A stretch of 64,000 bases of DNA from Candidatus Eiseniibacteriota bacterium (GCA_036505355.1 DASXTP010000085.1:1463-65462); one strand, 5' to 3'. Positions 53,423-63,094 are shown, numbered from the stretch's first letter. Program-made: numbers and translations. The notes: generated from the sequence alone by a model not told the origin.

Positions 53423-55993
53423 CTACGGCAGCAGGGCGAAGCGCACCACGGCCTGCTCGCCGCCACTTCGCGCCCGAGCCCAATAAAGTCCGGCGCCCGC
53501 CGGGTGGCCGCCATCGACCCGGCCGTTCCACGACAGCCAGAGCGTCCCGGGCGCGGGACTCCCGCGCAGCAGCGTCGTGGTTCGACGCCCTTGGAGATCC
53601 AGGATGTCCACCTCGAGCCGGCCGCCCGGGTGATCGAGCCCGAGCTGCACCGTGCCGCGCGCCGGGTTGGGCCGCGGGGCCAGGAAGGCAAGGCGCGTCG
53701 GCCCCGCTGGGGGCGGAAGCCCGAGTCTCGCCAGCTCGGCGTCGTACAGGGTGAGGTCGTCGATCGCCGCCTCGACGATATGGCCGCCGAAAGCAGCCGC
53801 TTGGAACCGCACTCGCACCTGGCTGGTCGGCGTCACGTAGTCGGCCACGCGGATTTCCTGTTCCTCCCAATGATTGTGGAGCCCTCCCGTGGTGTCCACC
53901 GGCACCCAGGTCTCGCCGTCACTGCTGATCAGCACGGCGAGCCAATGACTCGCCCGGTCGCCGTTGCAGTAGAACCAGCGCCAGAACCCGACGGTGGGGG
54001 TGGTCATCCCGGTGGCGTCGAACGGGGGCGTGGTGAGCGAGGTGCGGCCACCCGCAACGCAGTTCTCGCCGACCGCATGGGGGTTCGTACCCTGTCCGGT
54101 TACGTAGCACAGCTCACCGGGCGAAGGCGTACGGTCGTACTCCGGCTGGACGTCCCCGGGCGGGAGTCCCTCACCCTCGTGGAATCGTCGCGCCCCGGTT
54201 TCCGAGCCAGCTCGGAACGGGCCCGCAGCCAGGTAATCTTCTCCTCCCGGGACGTGCGTCGCCCGGTAGGAGCCGGTGCCCAGCGGCTCGACCCGCGTCC
54301 AGATTCCACTGGTCGCTTGATCCCCCGGAGCCCCCAGGGTCCAGCCGGTCTCCGTCTCCAGCGGGTCGTAGATGGCGGCTGGAACGAGCCGGAGGTCCAA
54401 GACATTCGAGCCGGCCTCGATCCTCTGGACGAACCGCTCGGGAATATAGCCCGGACACCGTACCTCGACCCAATACTGGTCCGCCGGCACGTCGAGCAAC
54501 CCGAACTGACCGGCGCCATCCGAGCGGCATTCCAGCGGCGTGTAGGGCAGGGTCAGCTCGGCGTCCGCCAGCGGGGCGTCTGACGAGTCATTTCGCACCG
54601 TACCCGAAAAGGTTCCGCTAGGTTTGGCGGTCATTTCGATCGTGACGGTTTGACTGCTCCCGGCCGAGACCACTCGCGTGACCGAGGCGTCGTCGTAACC
54701 GAACTTGTGGGCCAGCACCGTCTGCGTGCCGGGATCGGGTGCGAACGCCGCGATTCCGTCCAGCGCGGTGGTGAGCGATTCGGGCCGGGTGCTCAAGAAC
54801 AGCTTGACCCCCGGCAGGGCCCGGCCGGTCCCGGCGTCCACGACCTGGACCCGCAAGAGTCCGTAGTTGCGGATCGGCCGATAGACGTAGAGGCCGGTCG
54901 TCATGTCGCTGGCGATCACCGTCCCCGACGGGAAATACGGACAAACCTCCCACACCCCGTTGAACCCACCCGAGGGGCCGGGCCAGGAATCAGCCCACGC
55001 GAACTCGGCCGGGTGGGCCGGGTCCGTGTCGTCGAGGATGCGAATCCCCTCGGTGTAATTGGAGAGATAAAGCTCGTTCCCTTTGACGTGAGCGTTGTGC
55101 ACGACCGCGGCCGGGTTCGACGTGAGTCCATTGAACAGCACGGGCGCATCCAGGTCGTGGATGTCGAAGATCTTGAGCGGCTGCCCGTTGATCTCGTCGG
55201 TCACGTACAGCCAGTCGCCGGAGGCGTCCGGCCAACTGTTGTGGGTGAACGCGCCGGGATAGTGCCAGGCTGCGATCTGGGCCGGCGCCGCCGGATTCGA
55301 GATGTCCAGAACGCGCAGGACGCCCGCGAACATCGACGAGCCGTAGAGCCGATCCCCCACCAGCACGCTGTCATGGACGTAGAGCGTGTCCGGGACCGGG
55401 ACGGCGACGTTCGGCCAGGTTCCGAGCTCCGTTGGCGCCTCGGGATCGGCGAGTGATAGGAGGTGGATTCCCGAGGCGTACGGATAGCCGTTGTCGCCGC
55501 GCATCCGCGTCCCGTTGCAGACCAGAAGGGCGCGCGAGGTGTCCACGGACACGGTGTGGGAGGTGATGAAATGGACCGCGTAGGTGGCCGCGAGCACGGG
55601 ATGCTCGGGGTCCGTCATGCGAATGATCTGCAGCCCTTCACCCGGGCCATTCCCCTCCGTGACGACGTAGATCCAGTCGCGGTACGACTTCGCCTCGCGC
55701 CAGACCGAGGGTGGACCGTCGATGAAGGCGACACGGTAGGTGCTGGCCGGATTGGTGACGTTGTAGATCGCCGTGCCGTCCCGGGTCCCGAGCACGGCGT
55801 ACTCCCACCCGTCGGCGTGGACGTAGGACCAGCAAGCCGCGTAGCCCCAGGAACCGGGGGCCGGTGGATACTCGTCGACATGGGCCTTGAGCTCCATGTT
55901 CCGCATCGCGACCTGTGAAGTCGCGGTGCAAACGAAGGTGAGCTGGGCCAGGGACGAGAGCAGGGCGACAGGTGCGATGCGAAAGAGCGGCAC
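53423..55993 (-). CDS. large secreted LVIVD-repeat / choice-of-anchor-B-like protein with carboxypeptidase-regulatory-like domains and a FlgD-Ig/T9SS-type C-terminal domain
   Basis: ORF 53423..56056. I prefer the GTG at 55993 because GGAGA lies 7 nt upstream and it gives the signal peptide VPLFRIAPVALLSSLAQLTFVCTATSQVA. The N-terminal propeller-like region has repeated ...D/N-V-S/T-NPA-P motifs. The C-terminal ~80 aa (ARGTVQLGLD...GLYWARARSGGEQAVVRFALLP) resemble sorting domains of FCB-group and related phyla. Confidence 0.7.
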   Translation of the reverse strand: MPLFRIAPVALLSSLAQLTFVCTATSQVAMRNMELKAHVDEYPPAPGSWGYAACWSYVHADGWEYAVLGTRDGTAIYNVTNPASTYRVAFIDGPPSVWREAKSYRDWIYVVTEGNGPGEGLQIIRMTDPEHPVLAATYAVHFITSHTVSVDTSRALLVCNGTRMRGDNGYPYASGIHLLSLADPEAPTELGTWPNVAVPVPDTLYVHDSVLVGDRLYGSSMFAGVLRVLDISNPAAPAQIAAWHYPGAFTHNSWPDASGDWLYVTDEINGQPLKIFDIHDLDAPVLFNGLTSNPAAVVHNAHVKGNELYLSNYTEGIRILDDTDPAHPAEFAWADSWPGPSGGFNGVWEVCPYFPSGTVIASDMTTGLYVYRPIRNYGLLRVQVVDAGTGRALPGVKLFLSTRPESLTTALDGIAAFAPDPGTQTVLAHKFGYDDASVTRVVSAGSSQTVTIEMTAKPSGTFSGTVRNDSSDAPLADAELTLPYTPLECRSDGAGQFGLLDVPADQYWVEVRCPGYIPERFVQRIEAGSNVLDLRLVPAAIYDPLETETGWTLGAPGDQATSGIWTRVEPLGTGSYRATHVPGGEDYLAAGPFRAGSETGARRFHEGEGLPPGDVQPEYDRTPSPGELCYVTGQGTNPHAVGENCVAGGRTSLTTPPFDATGMTTPTVGFWRWFYCNGDRASHWLAVLISSDGETWVPVDTTGGLHNHWEEQEIRVADYVTPTSQVRVRFQAAAFGGHIVEAAIDDLTLYDAELARLGLPPPAGPTRLAFLAPRPNPARGTVQLGLDHPGGRLEVDILDLQGRRTTTLLRGSPAPGTLWLSWNGRVDGGHPAGAGLYWARARSGGEQAVVRFALLP

Positions 55994-56876
55994 GGCAGGA
56001 TCTCCGAAGCGTCGGTGCGCGCGGCGATGTCGATGATAGCGCCGCCCCGGCCCCACTCACTACCCTGCTGACCTCGATGGTCTCTGGTCCGGCTTCTGCG
56101 GTCGGCCGGCAGCCTTCGAAGGAGCTCCGGGCGTCGCTGAGCACGGCGGCATCATTAATCAGTTACAGATTAACACGTTATCCCAGCAAACTGCACACTT
56201 GTGCCCTAGCGTCCAAACGCCTATTGTTGTGCAGGGTATTCGTGGTGGCAGTGGTTGATGCGGCTCCGCCCATCGGCAATCGCATGAGGGGTCGCTCGAA
56301 GCAGTGGAGTCGCACGGGAGGGAACGGCTGTCGGAGCCAACGCGTCCAACTCGTTCTTCCCGTCGCCCGGGCGCGGGAGGCGGGAACGTTGATGAGCGAG
56401 ATCGAGGCTTCCCGGGTGCTTCTCGGTGGACGGACTCGGTGGAGAGAATCGGAAGTGAAAGCGAAAAGGTCGACTGACGAGTCTTGCGCCACCGAGCGGA
56501 CGCGACGGACATCACCGACGGAAGTGCCTGAGGCCTCTGGGCCTCGAGCGTATCGCACGGCGAGATGTGTGCCTCGTGGCAGCATGTTCGTTGGTCGGAA
56601 TCGTGGTGGGCAGTCCGCGACCGCATTCTTGCGGACGAATTTCACGCTTGAAGTCACGGCGCCGAAGAATGGTATAAAGCACGGCACCGCTCGCTGTGAA
56701 CTGACTCCTCGCGTGCGAGCGGCGAGCACCTTCCCCACGCAAGCGACACGTCGTTGGAAATCGTCGAAGCGAGTCAACCCGAGCTGGCTGGATGATGGTT
56801 CGTTCCGCAGGCTGGCACGGCTTGGCGGCCTAGCCCCGGAAGGGCGCAACATTCGCGAGGACCAGGGAGGTCCCTG
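55994..56876 (+). other. long, lower-GC noncoding region upstream of nrdJ (divergent promoters plus a probable long structured 5' leader)
   Basis: About 880 bp contain no convincing ORF; the only ORF ending here (55972..56877) is Arg-rich with poor third-position GC. An AT-rich patch at 56150-56230 holds the inverted repeats TTAATC-N7-GATTAA (56155-56173) and GCACA-ct-TGTGC (56193-56204). A sigma-70-like pair, TTGTGC-N17-TATTGT (56199-56227), is also present. No known riboswitch core could be recognised by eye. Confidence 0.4.
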
Positions 56877-59800
56877 ATGACGCAGACGCTGGCCCACCCC
56901 GTCGATTCTCTCTCCCCCGTCCGCGGTACCCGCGCGGGAGTGCGCGTGCCCCGCCGCTTCACCCAGCCGGGCGTGAACCCGCTGGACGAGGTGAAGTGGG
57001 ACCGCCGCCGCACGGTGATCACCAACCCGGATGGCTCGGTGGTGTTCCAGATGGAGGACGTGGAAGTACCCGCGGAATGGTCGCAGCTCGCCACCGACAT
57101 CGTGGTGAGCAAGTACTTCCGCAAGGCCGGAGTGCCCGGCACGCCCGGCCACGAGACCAGCGTCCGCCAGGTCGTGCACCGCTTGGCGCACACCATCCGC
57201 GGCTACGGTGAGACCCACGGCGGCTACTTCGCGAGCCTCGAGGACGCCGAGGCGTTCGAGGCCGAGCTGGCCCACATGCTGGTGCACCAAATCGGCGCCT
57301 TCAACTCGCCGGTGTGGTTCAACTGCGGCCTCTATCACGAGTACGGGATCGGCGGCTCGGGGGGGAACTACACCTGGGACCCGGAGCAGCGCACGGTGGT
57401 GACCACCGCAGATTCGTACGCGCGGCCCCAGGTCTCGGCCTGCTTCATCCAGTCGATCGGCGACGACCTGATGTCGATCTTCGAGCTCGCCCGCAACGAG
57501 GCGCGGGTCTTCAAATTCGGATCCGGGACCGGAACGAACTTCTCGCGGCTGCGCGGGCGCATGGAGAAGCTCTCGGGCGGCGGCACCTCGTCGGGTCTGA
57601 TGTCGTTTCTCGAGGTGCTCGACAAGGGCGCCGGCGCCACCAAATCGGGCGGCACGACGCGGCGCGCCGCCAAGATGGTGGTGCTCGACATGGACCACCC
57701 CGAGATCCTGGACTTCATCCGCTGGAAGGTGCGCGAGGAGAAGAAGGTGGCGGCGCTGGTCGAGGCCGGCTACTCCTCGGATTTCAACGGCGACGCCTAC
57801 GGCACCGTGTCGGGGCAGAACTCCAACAACTCGGTGCGGGTGCCCGACTCGTTCATGGAGGCGGTGGTGAGCGACGGGTCGTGGCAGACCACGCTGCGCA
57901 CCACCGGCGAGGTCTACGAAAGCCATCGCGCCCGGCAACTGTGGCGCGAGATCGCCGACTCGGCCTGGCAGTGCGCCGATCCGGGTGTGCAGTTCGACGA
58001 CACGATCCAGCGCTGGCACACCTGCAAAACCACCGACCGGATCTACGCCACCAACCCGTGCGTCACCGGCGACACCCTGGTGGGCACCTCCGATGGCTGG
58101 CGCAGGATCGACTCGCTGGTCGGACAAACGGCACGGATCATCGGGGCCGACGGCCAACCGCATTGGGTCACGCGAATCGCCCCCACGGGACGAAAGCCGG
58201 TGGTCCGCTTGCGGACGCGCGCCGGTTTCGAGCTGCGCATCACCGGGGACCACAAGGTCTGGACGTTCGACCGCGGGGACGTGCCGGTTGAAGACCTGAA
58301 GATGGGCGAGCGCATCGCGCTCCTGGGGCCCGGTTTCGGCCGGCGGTCGCTGAGCAAGCGCTTGGCGGCGGCCATCGGCGTTGCGGTCGGTGACGGATGT
58401 CTCGCCGGATCGCATCGGGGCCGGCAGACCCAGGAGATGATCGTCCTGACCATGGCGTCCGAGGAGGCCGGCGTCCTGGCCGGCATCGCAGGCGAGGTCA
58501 ACGAGCAGAAGCACATGCTCCGCGCGGTGGGCATGCCGGGCCATCCGGGCGACGTGCACGTCTCGACGCAAACGAGCGGCGGCTCCGTGTCAAGGCTGTC
58601 ATTCAGCTCCCAGGCGGTCGTGGGCCTACTCAAGGATTTCGCCATCCTGGACGAGGGAAGCGACCGCAAGCGGTTCACCCCGGCGATCTTCGAGCTCGAT
58701 CGTCCGTCCCTGGCCGCCGCGCTGCGCGGGCTTTTCACGGCGGACGGCACGGTGGCCAACTACGGGGAGAAGAGCCAGTACGTCTCCCTCGACTCGAGTT
58801 CGTTGGAGCTGCTGCGCCAAGTGCAGCTTCTTCTCCTCGGGTTCGGAATCAAGGCCAAGCTTTACCAAGAGCGCCGTGGTGGCGTTACGGAGAGCATGCT
58901 CCCCGATGGCAAGGGCGGCATGCGCGTCTACCCAGTGAAGGAGATGCACTCACTGCGCATCAGCAGGACGTCGAGGCTCATCTTTGAGCGCGAGATCGGG
59001 TTCGACCCGGCAAGCCCCAAGGCCGAAGCGCTCGCCGAGCTGAACGACCGGTTCGAGGCCTACCGCGAGGATTTCGATGACGTGATCGAGCGCATCGAGC
59101 CCCTCGGCGAAGAGGAGGTCTACGACCTTACGGAGCCCGTCACGCACCACTTCGTCGCGAATGGCCTAGTGGTCCACAACTGCTCCGAGTTCGTGTTCCT
59201 CGACGACACCGCGTGCAATCTGGCCTCGATCAACCTGATGAAGTTCCTGAACGAGGACGGCTCGTTCGACATCGAGGGCTACCGCCACGCCAATCGAGTC
59301 TTCTTCCTGGCTCAGGAGATCCTGGTCGAGTTCGCCTCCTACCCGACCGAGAAGATCGCCCAGCGCTCGTACGAGTTCCGGCCGCTCGGCTTGGGCTACG
59401 CCAACCTCGGCACGCTGCTGATGATGCAGGGACTTCCGTACGACAGCGATGCGGCGCGTGCCTACGCCGCCAGCGTGACCGCAATCATGACCGGCGAGGC
59501 CTATGCGCTGTCGGCGGAGATGTCGCAGAGCCTCGGACCGTTCGAAGGCTTCGCCCCGAACCGCGACGCGATGCTCGACGTGATACGGATGCACCGCGAC
59601 GCGGCGCGCGGCATCGACGCCGCGCTCGCCCCGCGCGACCTGCGGGCCGCGGCGATCGAGAGCTGGGATCGGGCGCTGGCGCTCGGCACCGTGCAGGGCT
59701 ACCGCAACGCCCAGGCCACGGTGCTGGCGCCGACCGGGACGATCGGGCTGCTGATGGACTGCGACACCACCGGGGTCGAGCCCGACTTCGCGCTGGTCAA

Positions 59801-61235
59801 GTTCAAGAAGCTGGCGGGAGGGGGCTACTTCAAGATCGTGAACCAGTCGGTGCCGGCGGCGCTCGAACGGCTCGGCTACGACGCGGCCGCGATCGAGCGG
59901 ATCGTGCGCTACGCCGTGGGCACCGGGAGCTTCGAGGGCGCGCCGCGCGTCAACCGGGCATCGCTCCAGCAGCGCGGGCTCACCCCGGCCGAGATCGACC
60001 GCATCGAGGCGACGCTGCCCAACATGCTCGACGTGCGCTTCGCGTTCGTGCGGGGCCTGCTGAGCGACGACACGCTCACCCGGATCGGCGTGAGCATGCA
60101 GGAACGCGAGAAGCCCACCTTCCACGCCCTGTCCTGCCTCGGCTTCACCGAATCCGAGATCGACCAGGCCAACGCGCGCATCTGCGGGCAGCTCACGGTC
60201 GAGGGCGCACCCGGCCTCAGGCCCGAGCACCTGCCGGTCTTCGACTGCGCCAACCGCTGCGGCCCCAAGGGCACGCGCTTCATCCAGGCGATGGGGCACG
60301 TGCGCATGATGGGCGCCACCCAGCCGTTCATTTCGGGCGCGATCAGCAAGACCGTGAACCTGCCCGAGGATGCCACCGTCCAGGACGTCGAGCAGATCTA
60401 TTTCGAGTCCTGGAAGCAGGGCTTGAAGGCGGTGGCCCTCTACCGCGACGGCAGCAAGCTCAGCCAGCCGCTCGCCACCGGCAAGAAGGTCGAGGAGTCC
60501 GAGATCGCTCCGCCTCCCAAGCTGCGCCGGCGGCGGCTGCCCAAGCGCCGCCACGGCTTCACCCAGGAGGCGCGGATCGCCGGGCACAAGGTCTTCGTAC
60601 GCACCGGCGAATACGAAGACGGCACGCTGGGCGAGATTTTCATCGACATGCACAAGGAGGGCGCGGCCTTCCGCAGCATGATGAACTGCTTCGCCATCTC
60701 GGTGTCGATGGGCCTGCAGTACGGCGTCCCGCTCGAGGACCTGGTGGACCAGTTCGTGTTCACCCGCTTCGAGCCCCAGGGCCGCATCGAGGGCCACGAG
60801 AACCTCCGCGCCTGCACCAGCGTGGTGGACTACGTGTTCCGCGTGCTCGGCATCGAGTATCTGGACCGGACCGACCTGGCCCACATCGTGAGCGACGACT
60901 TGAAGGGAGCGCCGGTGCCGTCGGCCCATGCCACCGCGCACCCGGTGGGCTACGAGCATCGGCGCGGCAACGGCGGCAATGGCGGCAACGGAGACAGCGG
61001 GTCACCTCAGCTCGCGCCCACCACCGCTTCCGGTGGCAAGCCCGGCGCCGGGGCTCAGGCGCCCAAGGCTTCACGGGCCGGCGCGGACGTCCTACCCGGC
61101 GACGGCGGTCAGGACACCCTGCTCAAGAAGTTCCCGGGCGATGCACCGCTGTGCGACCAGTGCGGGCACATCACCCTCCGCAACGGTACCTGCTACAAGT
61201 GCCTCAACTGCGGCAACTCGATGGGGTGCTCGTAG
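56877..61235 (+). CDS. nrdJ: class II (adenosylcobalamin-dependent) ribonucleotide reductase NrdJ, intein-containing precursor
   Basis: 1452 aa precursor. It has the N-terminal motifs VSKYFRK and NSPVWFNCG, the active-site TNPC...SEF interrupted by the intein, and a C-terminal Cys-rich tail (CDQCGHITLRNGTCYKCLNCGNSMGCS). GGAGG lies 6 nt upstream of the ATG. Confidence 0.92.
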   Translation: MTQTLAHPVDSLSPVRGTRAGVRVPRRFTQPGVNPLDEVKWDRRRTVITNPDGSVVFQMEDVEVPAEWSQLATDIVVSKYFRKAGVPGTPGHETSVRQVVHRLAHTIRGYGETHGGYFASLEDAEAFEAELAHMLVHQIGAFNSPVWFNCGLYHEYGIGGSGGNYTWDPEQRTVVTTADSYARPQVSACFIQSIGDDLMSIFELARNEARVFKFGSGTGTNFSRLRGRMEKLSGGGTSSGLMSFLEVLDKGAGATKSGGTTRRAAKMVVLDMDHPEILDFIRWKVREEKKVAALVEAGYSSDFNGDAYGTVSGQNSNNSVRVPDSFMEAVVSDGSWQTTLRTTGEVYESHRARQLWREIADSAWQCADPGVQFDDTIQRWHTCKTTDRIYATNPCVTGDTLVGTSDGWRRIDSLVGQTARIIGADGQPHWVTRIAPTGRKPVVRLRTRAGFELRITGDHKVWTFDRGDVPVEDLKMGERIALLGPGFGRRSLSKRLAAAIGVAVGDGCLAGSHRGRQTQEMIVLTMASEEAGVLAGIAGEVNEQKHMLRAVGMPGHPGDVHVSTQTSGGSVSRLSFSSQAVVGLLKDFAILDEGSDRKRFTPAIFELDRPSLAAALRGLFTADGTVANYGEKSQYVSLDSSSLELLRQVQLLLLGFGIKAKLYQERRGGVTESMLPDGKGGMRVYPVKEMHSLRISRTSRLIFEREIGFDPASPKAEALAELNDRFEAYREDFDDVIERIEPLGEEEVYDLTEPVTHHFVANGLVVHNCSEFVFLDDTACNLASINLMKFLNEDGSFDIEGYRHANRVFFLAQEILVEFASYPTEKIAQRSYEFRPLGLGYANLGTLLMMQGLPYDSDAARAYAASVTAIMTGEAYALSAEMSQSLGPFEGFAPNRDAMLDVIRMHRDAARGIDAALAPRDLRAAAIESWDRALALGTVQGYRNAQATVLAPTGTIGLLMDCDTTGVEPDFALVKFKKLAGGGYFKIVNQSVPAALERLGYDAAAIERIVRYAVGTGSFEGAPRVNRASLQQRGLTPAEIDRIEATLPNMLDVRFAFVRGLLSDDTLTRIGVSMQEREKPTFHALSCLGFTESEIDQANARICGQLTVEGAPGLRPEHLPVFDCANRCGPKGTRFIQAMGHVRMMGATQPFISGAISKTVNLPEDATVQDVEQIYFESWKQGLKAVALYRDGSKLSQPLATGKKVEESEIAPPPKLRRRRLPKRRHGFTQEARIAGHKVFVRTGEYEDGTLGEIFIDMHKEGAAFRSMMNCFAISVSMGLQYGVPLEDLVDQFVFTRFEPQGRIEGHENLRACTSVVDYVFRVLGIEYLDRTDLAHIVSDDLKGAPVPSAHATAHPVGYEHRRGNGGNGGNGDSGSPQLAPTTASGGKPGAGAQAPKASRAGADVLPGDGGQDTLLKKFPGDAPLCDQCGHITLRNGTCYKCLNCGNSMGCS
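58059..59180 (+). mobile_element. intein (374 aa) with a LAGLIDADG homing-endonuclease domain inserted at the catalytic Cys of NrdJ
   Basis: It begins CVTGDTLVG (block A) and has ITGDHKVW (block B). The two LAGLIDADG-type motifs are LAAAIGVAVGDGCL and LRGLFTADGTVANYG. It ends VYDLTEPVTHHFVANGLVVHN, followed by +1 Cys (CSEFVF). Removing it restores ATNP-CSEFVFLD. Confidence 0.9.
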
Positions 61236-61345
61236 GGGGCTGACCCGTTTGCAGCGTTGGCTCGTCGCGTTGACGTGCGCGCCGGCCCGAGCTAGCTTCC
61301 GCGCGTTCCAGGGAATTCATTTCCACCTTCGGGGGGACTCCCCTC

Positions 61346-63094
61346 ATGGCTCGGCGTCTCTGGTTGCTCTTCCTCGCCGCCGCGCTCCTCGCGGCACCGG
61401 CTCTCGCCCAGCACCAGCACATGTCCCACGGCGCCCCGTCTTCCGGCCTGCCCAGGCTCGAGAACCTCGGCGGGGTTCACCATGCAGTGACCACCCAGTC
61501 GCCCGAAGCCCAGCGCTTCTTCGATCAGGGACTGTTCCTGCTCTATGGCTTCAACCACGCGGAAGCGATCCGGGCCTTCGAGGAGGCCGCGCGACTCGAT
61601 CCTGACTGCGCGATGGCGTGGTGGGGGGCCTCGAGCGCCTACGGCCCCAACATCAACTGGCCGATGGATTCGACCCAGGAGACCCAGGCTCTGGCTGCGC
61701 TCGAGAAGGCCCGTGCGGCGTCGAGCAAGGCCTCGCCGGCCGAGCGCGACTACATCGAGGCCCTGACCCGGCGCTACGGCCGGCCGGCGGGAGCGAACCG
61801 CGGGGCCCGCGATTCGGCGTATGCCGCGGCGATGAAGGCGCTCAAGGACCGCTACCCCGACGACCTCGACGCCGCCACGCTGTGCGCCGAGTCGATGCTC
61901 GACCTGAGCCCCTGGAACCAGTGGACGCTCGATGGCCAACCGCTGCCCGGCACGCTCGAGATCGTGTCTCTCCTCGAGTCAGTGCTCAAGCGCAACCCCA
62001 ACCACGTGGGTGCCATCCACTACTACATCCACACCTGCGAGGCAGGACCCGACCACGGAGCCCGGACCATCCCCTACGTCGAGCGGCTGAGCCGGATGAA
62101 GCTCGATGCGGGCCACTTGGTCCACATGCCCTCCCACATCTTCCAGCGGGTGGGGCGCTACGGCGAGTCCGAGTCGGACAACGTCGAGGCGTCCACCGAA
62201 GACAGCCTCTACGTCGCCCGCTGGAAGCCCGAGGGGCTCTACCCGATGATGTACTATCCGCACAACGTCCACTTCGTGTGGGCCGCCGCCTCGATGGCGG
62301 GCCGCAGCCGCCAAGCCCTGCACTACGCCAGGCGCCTTTCGGGCCTCGTCCCCTGGGACATGGTGCGCCAGATCCCGCCGATGGAGTTCTGGTCGCCCAC
62401 GCCGTACTACGCCATGATCCGCTTCGGCCGCTGGGACGAGATCCTCAAGGAGTCCGCCCCGCCGGCCGACGTCCGCTTCAGCACCGGGATGTGGCACTTC
62501 GCCCGCGGCATGGCCTTCGCCGCCCGGCGACAGTTCGAGCAGGCCGGGACCGAGCGCGACAGCGTCTCGGTGATCGCGGCGGGGATCCCGCTCGAGGCTT
62601 TGGTCTCGTTCAACTCGGCCAAGGGGTTGCTCACCATCGCCTCGAACCAGCTCGGCGGCGAGACGGCGGCGCGCCAGGGGAAGATCGAAGAGGCGGTGCG
62701 GCTGCTCCAGCAGGCGATTGCCGTGGAGGATACCCTCCACTACGACGAGCCCCCGGCCTGGTTCTTCCCGGTGCGTCAGTCCCTCGGCGCAGTACTGCTG
62801 GAAGCGGGTCGCCCGGCCGTCGCGGAAGCCGCCTACCGCGAAGATCTCAAGCGCAATCCCGAAAACGGCTGGTCGCTGTACGGCCTCGCTCAGTGCGCGC
62901 GCGCCCGCAAGGCGACGAAGGAGGCGGCCGACGCCGAGAAGCGTTTCCGCAAGGCTTGGGCGCGGGCCGACGTGAAGCTCACCTCATCGCGCTTCTGGTC
63001 GACTCGCCCTTTGGCCCCGGTGAGTGGGCCGCCGGTGCTCCCAGGGCGCCGGCCGCGTCGCCCCGGACCAGGAACAGCCATTCGCGATTGGTGA
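61346..63094 (+). CDS. secreted TPR-repeat protein (conserved hypothetical)
   Basis: 582 aa ORF with a signal peptide (MARRLWLLFLAAALLAAPALA) and TPR-like helical repeats. The last ~35 aa (after ...VKLTSSRF) are low-complexity and overlap the convergent methyltransferase gene. Confidence 0.7.
   Translation: MARRLWLLFLAAALLAAPALAQHQHMSHGAPSSGLPRLENLGGVHHAVTTQSPEAQRFFDQGLFLLYGFNHAEAIRAFEEAARLDPDCAMAWWGASSAYGPNINWPMDSTQETQALAALEKARAASSKASPAERDYIEALTRRYGRPAGANRGARDSAYAAAMKALKDRYPDDLDAATLCAESMLDLSPWNQWTLDGQPLPGTLEIVSLLESVLKRNPNHVGAIHYYIHTCEAGPDHGARTIPYVERLSRMKLDAGHLVHMPSHIFQRVGRYGESESDNVEASTEDSLYVARWKPEGLYPMMYYPHNVHFVWAAASMAGRSRQALHYARRLSGLVPWDMVRQIPPMEFWSPTPYYAMIRFGRWDEILKESAPPADVRFSTGMWHFARGMAFAARRQFEQAGTERDSVSVIAAGIPLEALVSFNSAKGLLTIASNQLGGETAARQGKIEEAVRLLQQAIAVEDTLHYDEPPAWFFPVRQSLGAVLLEAGRPAVAEAAYREDLKRNPENGWSLYGLAQCARARKATKEAADAEKRFRKAWARADVKLTSSRFWSTRPLAPVSGPPVLPGRRPRRPGPGTAIRDW

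Noticed and set aside
56200-56700. A cobalamin riboswitch or NrdR boxes upstream of nrdJ.
   Set aside because: I looked for the B12-box core (GCCACTG) and the GGGAA/GGTG..AA..CC pattern. Only loose fragments were present, for example GGAATCGTGGTGGGCAGTCCGCGACCGC without a following CACTG. CCACTG occurs only on the antisense strand. The short palindrome GCACActTGTGC does not fit the 16-bp NrdR consensus. This needs a covariance-model scan, so I make no call.
55972-56877. A 301-aa plus-strand ORF ending in a TGATG overlap with the nrdJ start, which superficially looks like a translationally coupled upstream gene.
   Set aside because: Its third-position GC is much lower than in the real genes of this window. 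The sequence is Arg/Thr/Ser-rich without motifs, and it begins inside the divergent gene. I treat it as noncoding leader.
60966-60992. A tandem 9-nt repeat (GGCAAYGGN x3) near the 3' end of nrdJ.
   Set aside because: It lies in frame and encodes a GNGGNGGNG low-complexity linker before the C-terminal Cys-rich tail. It is too short and coding-constrained to treat as a repeat element.
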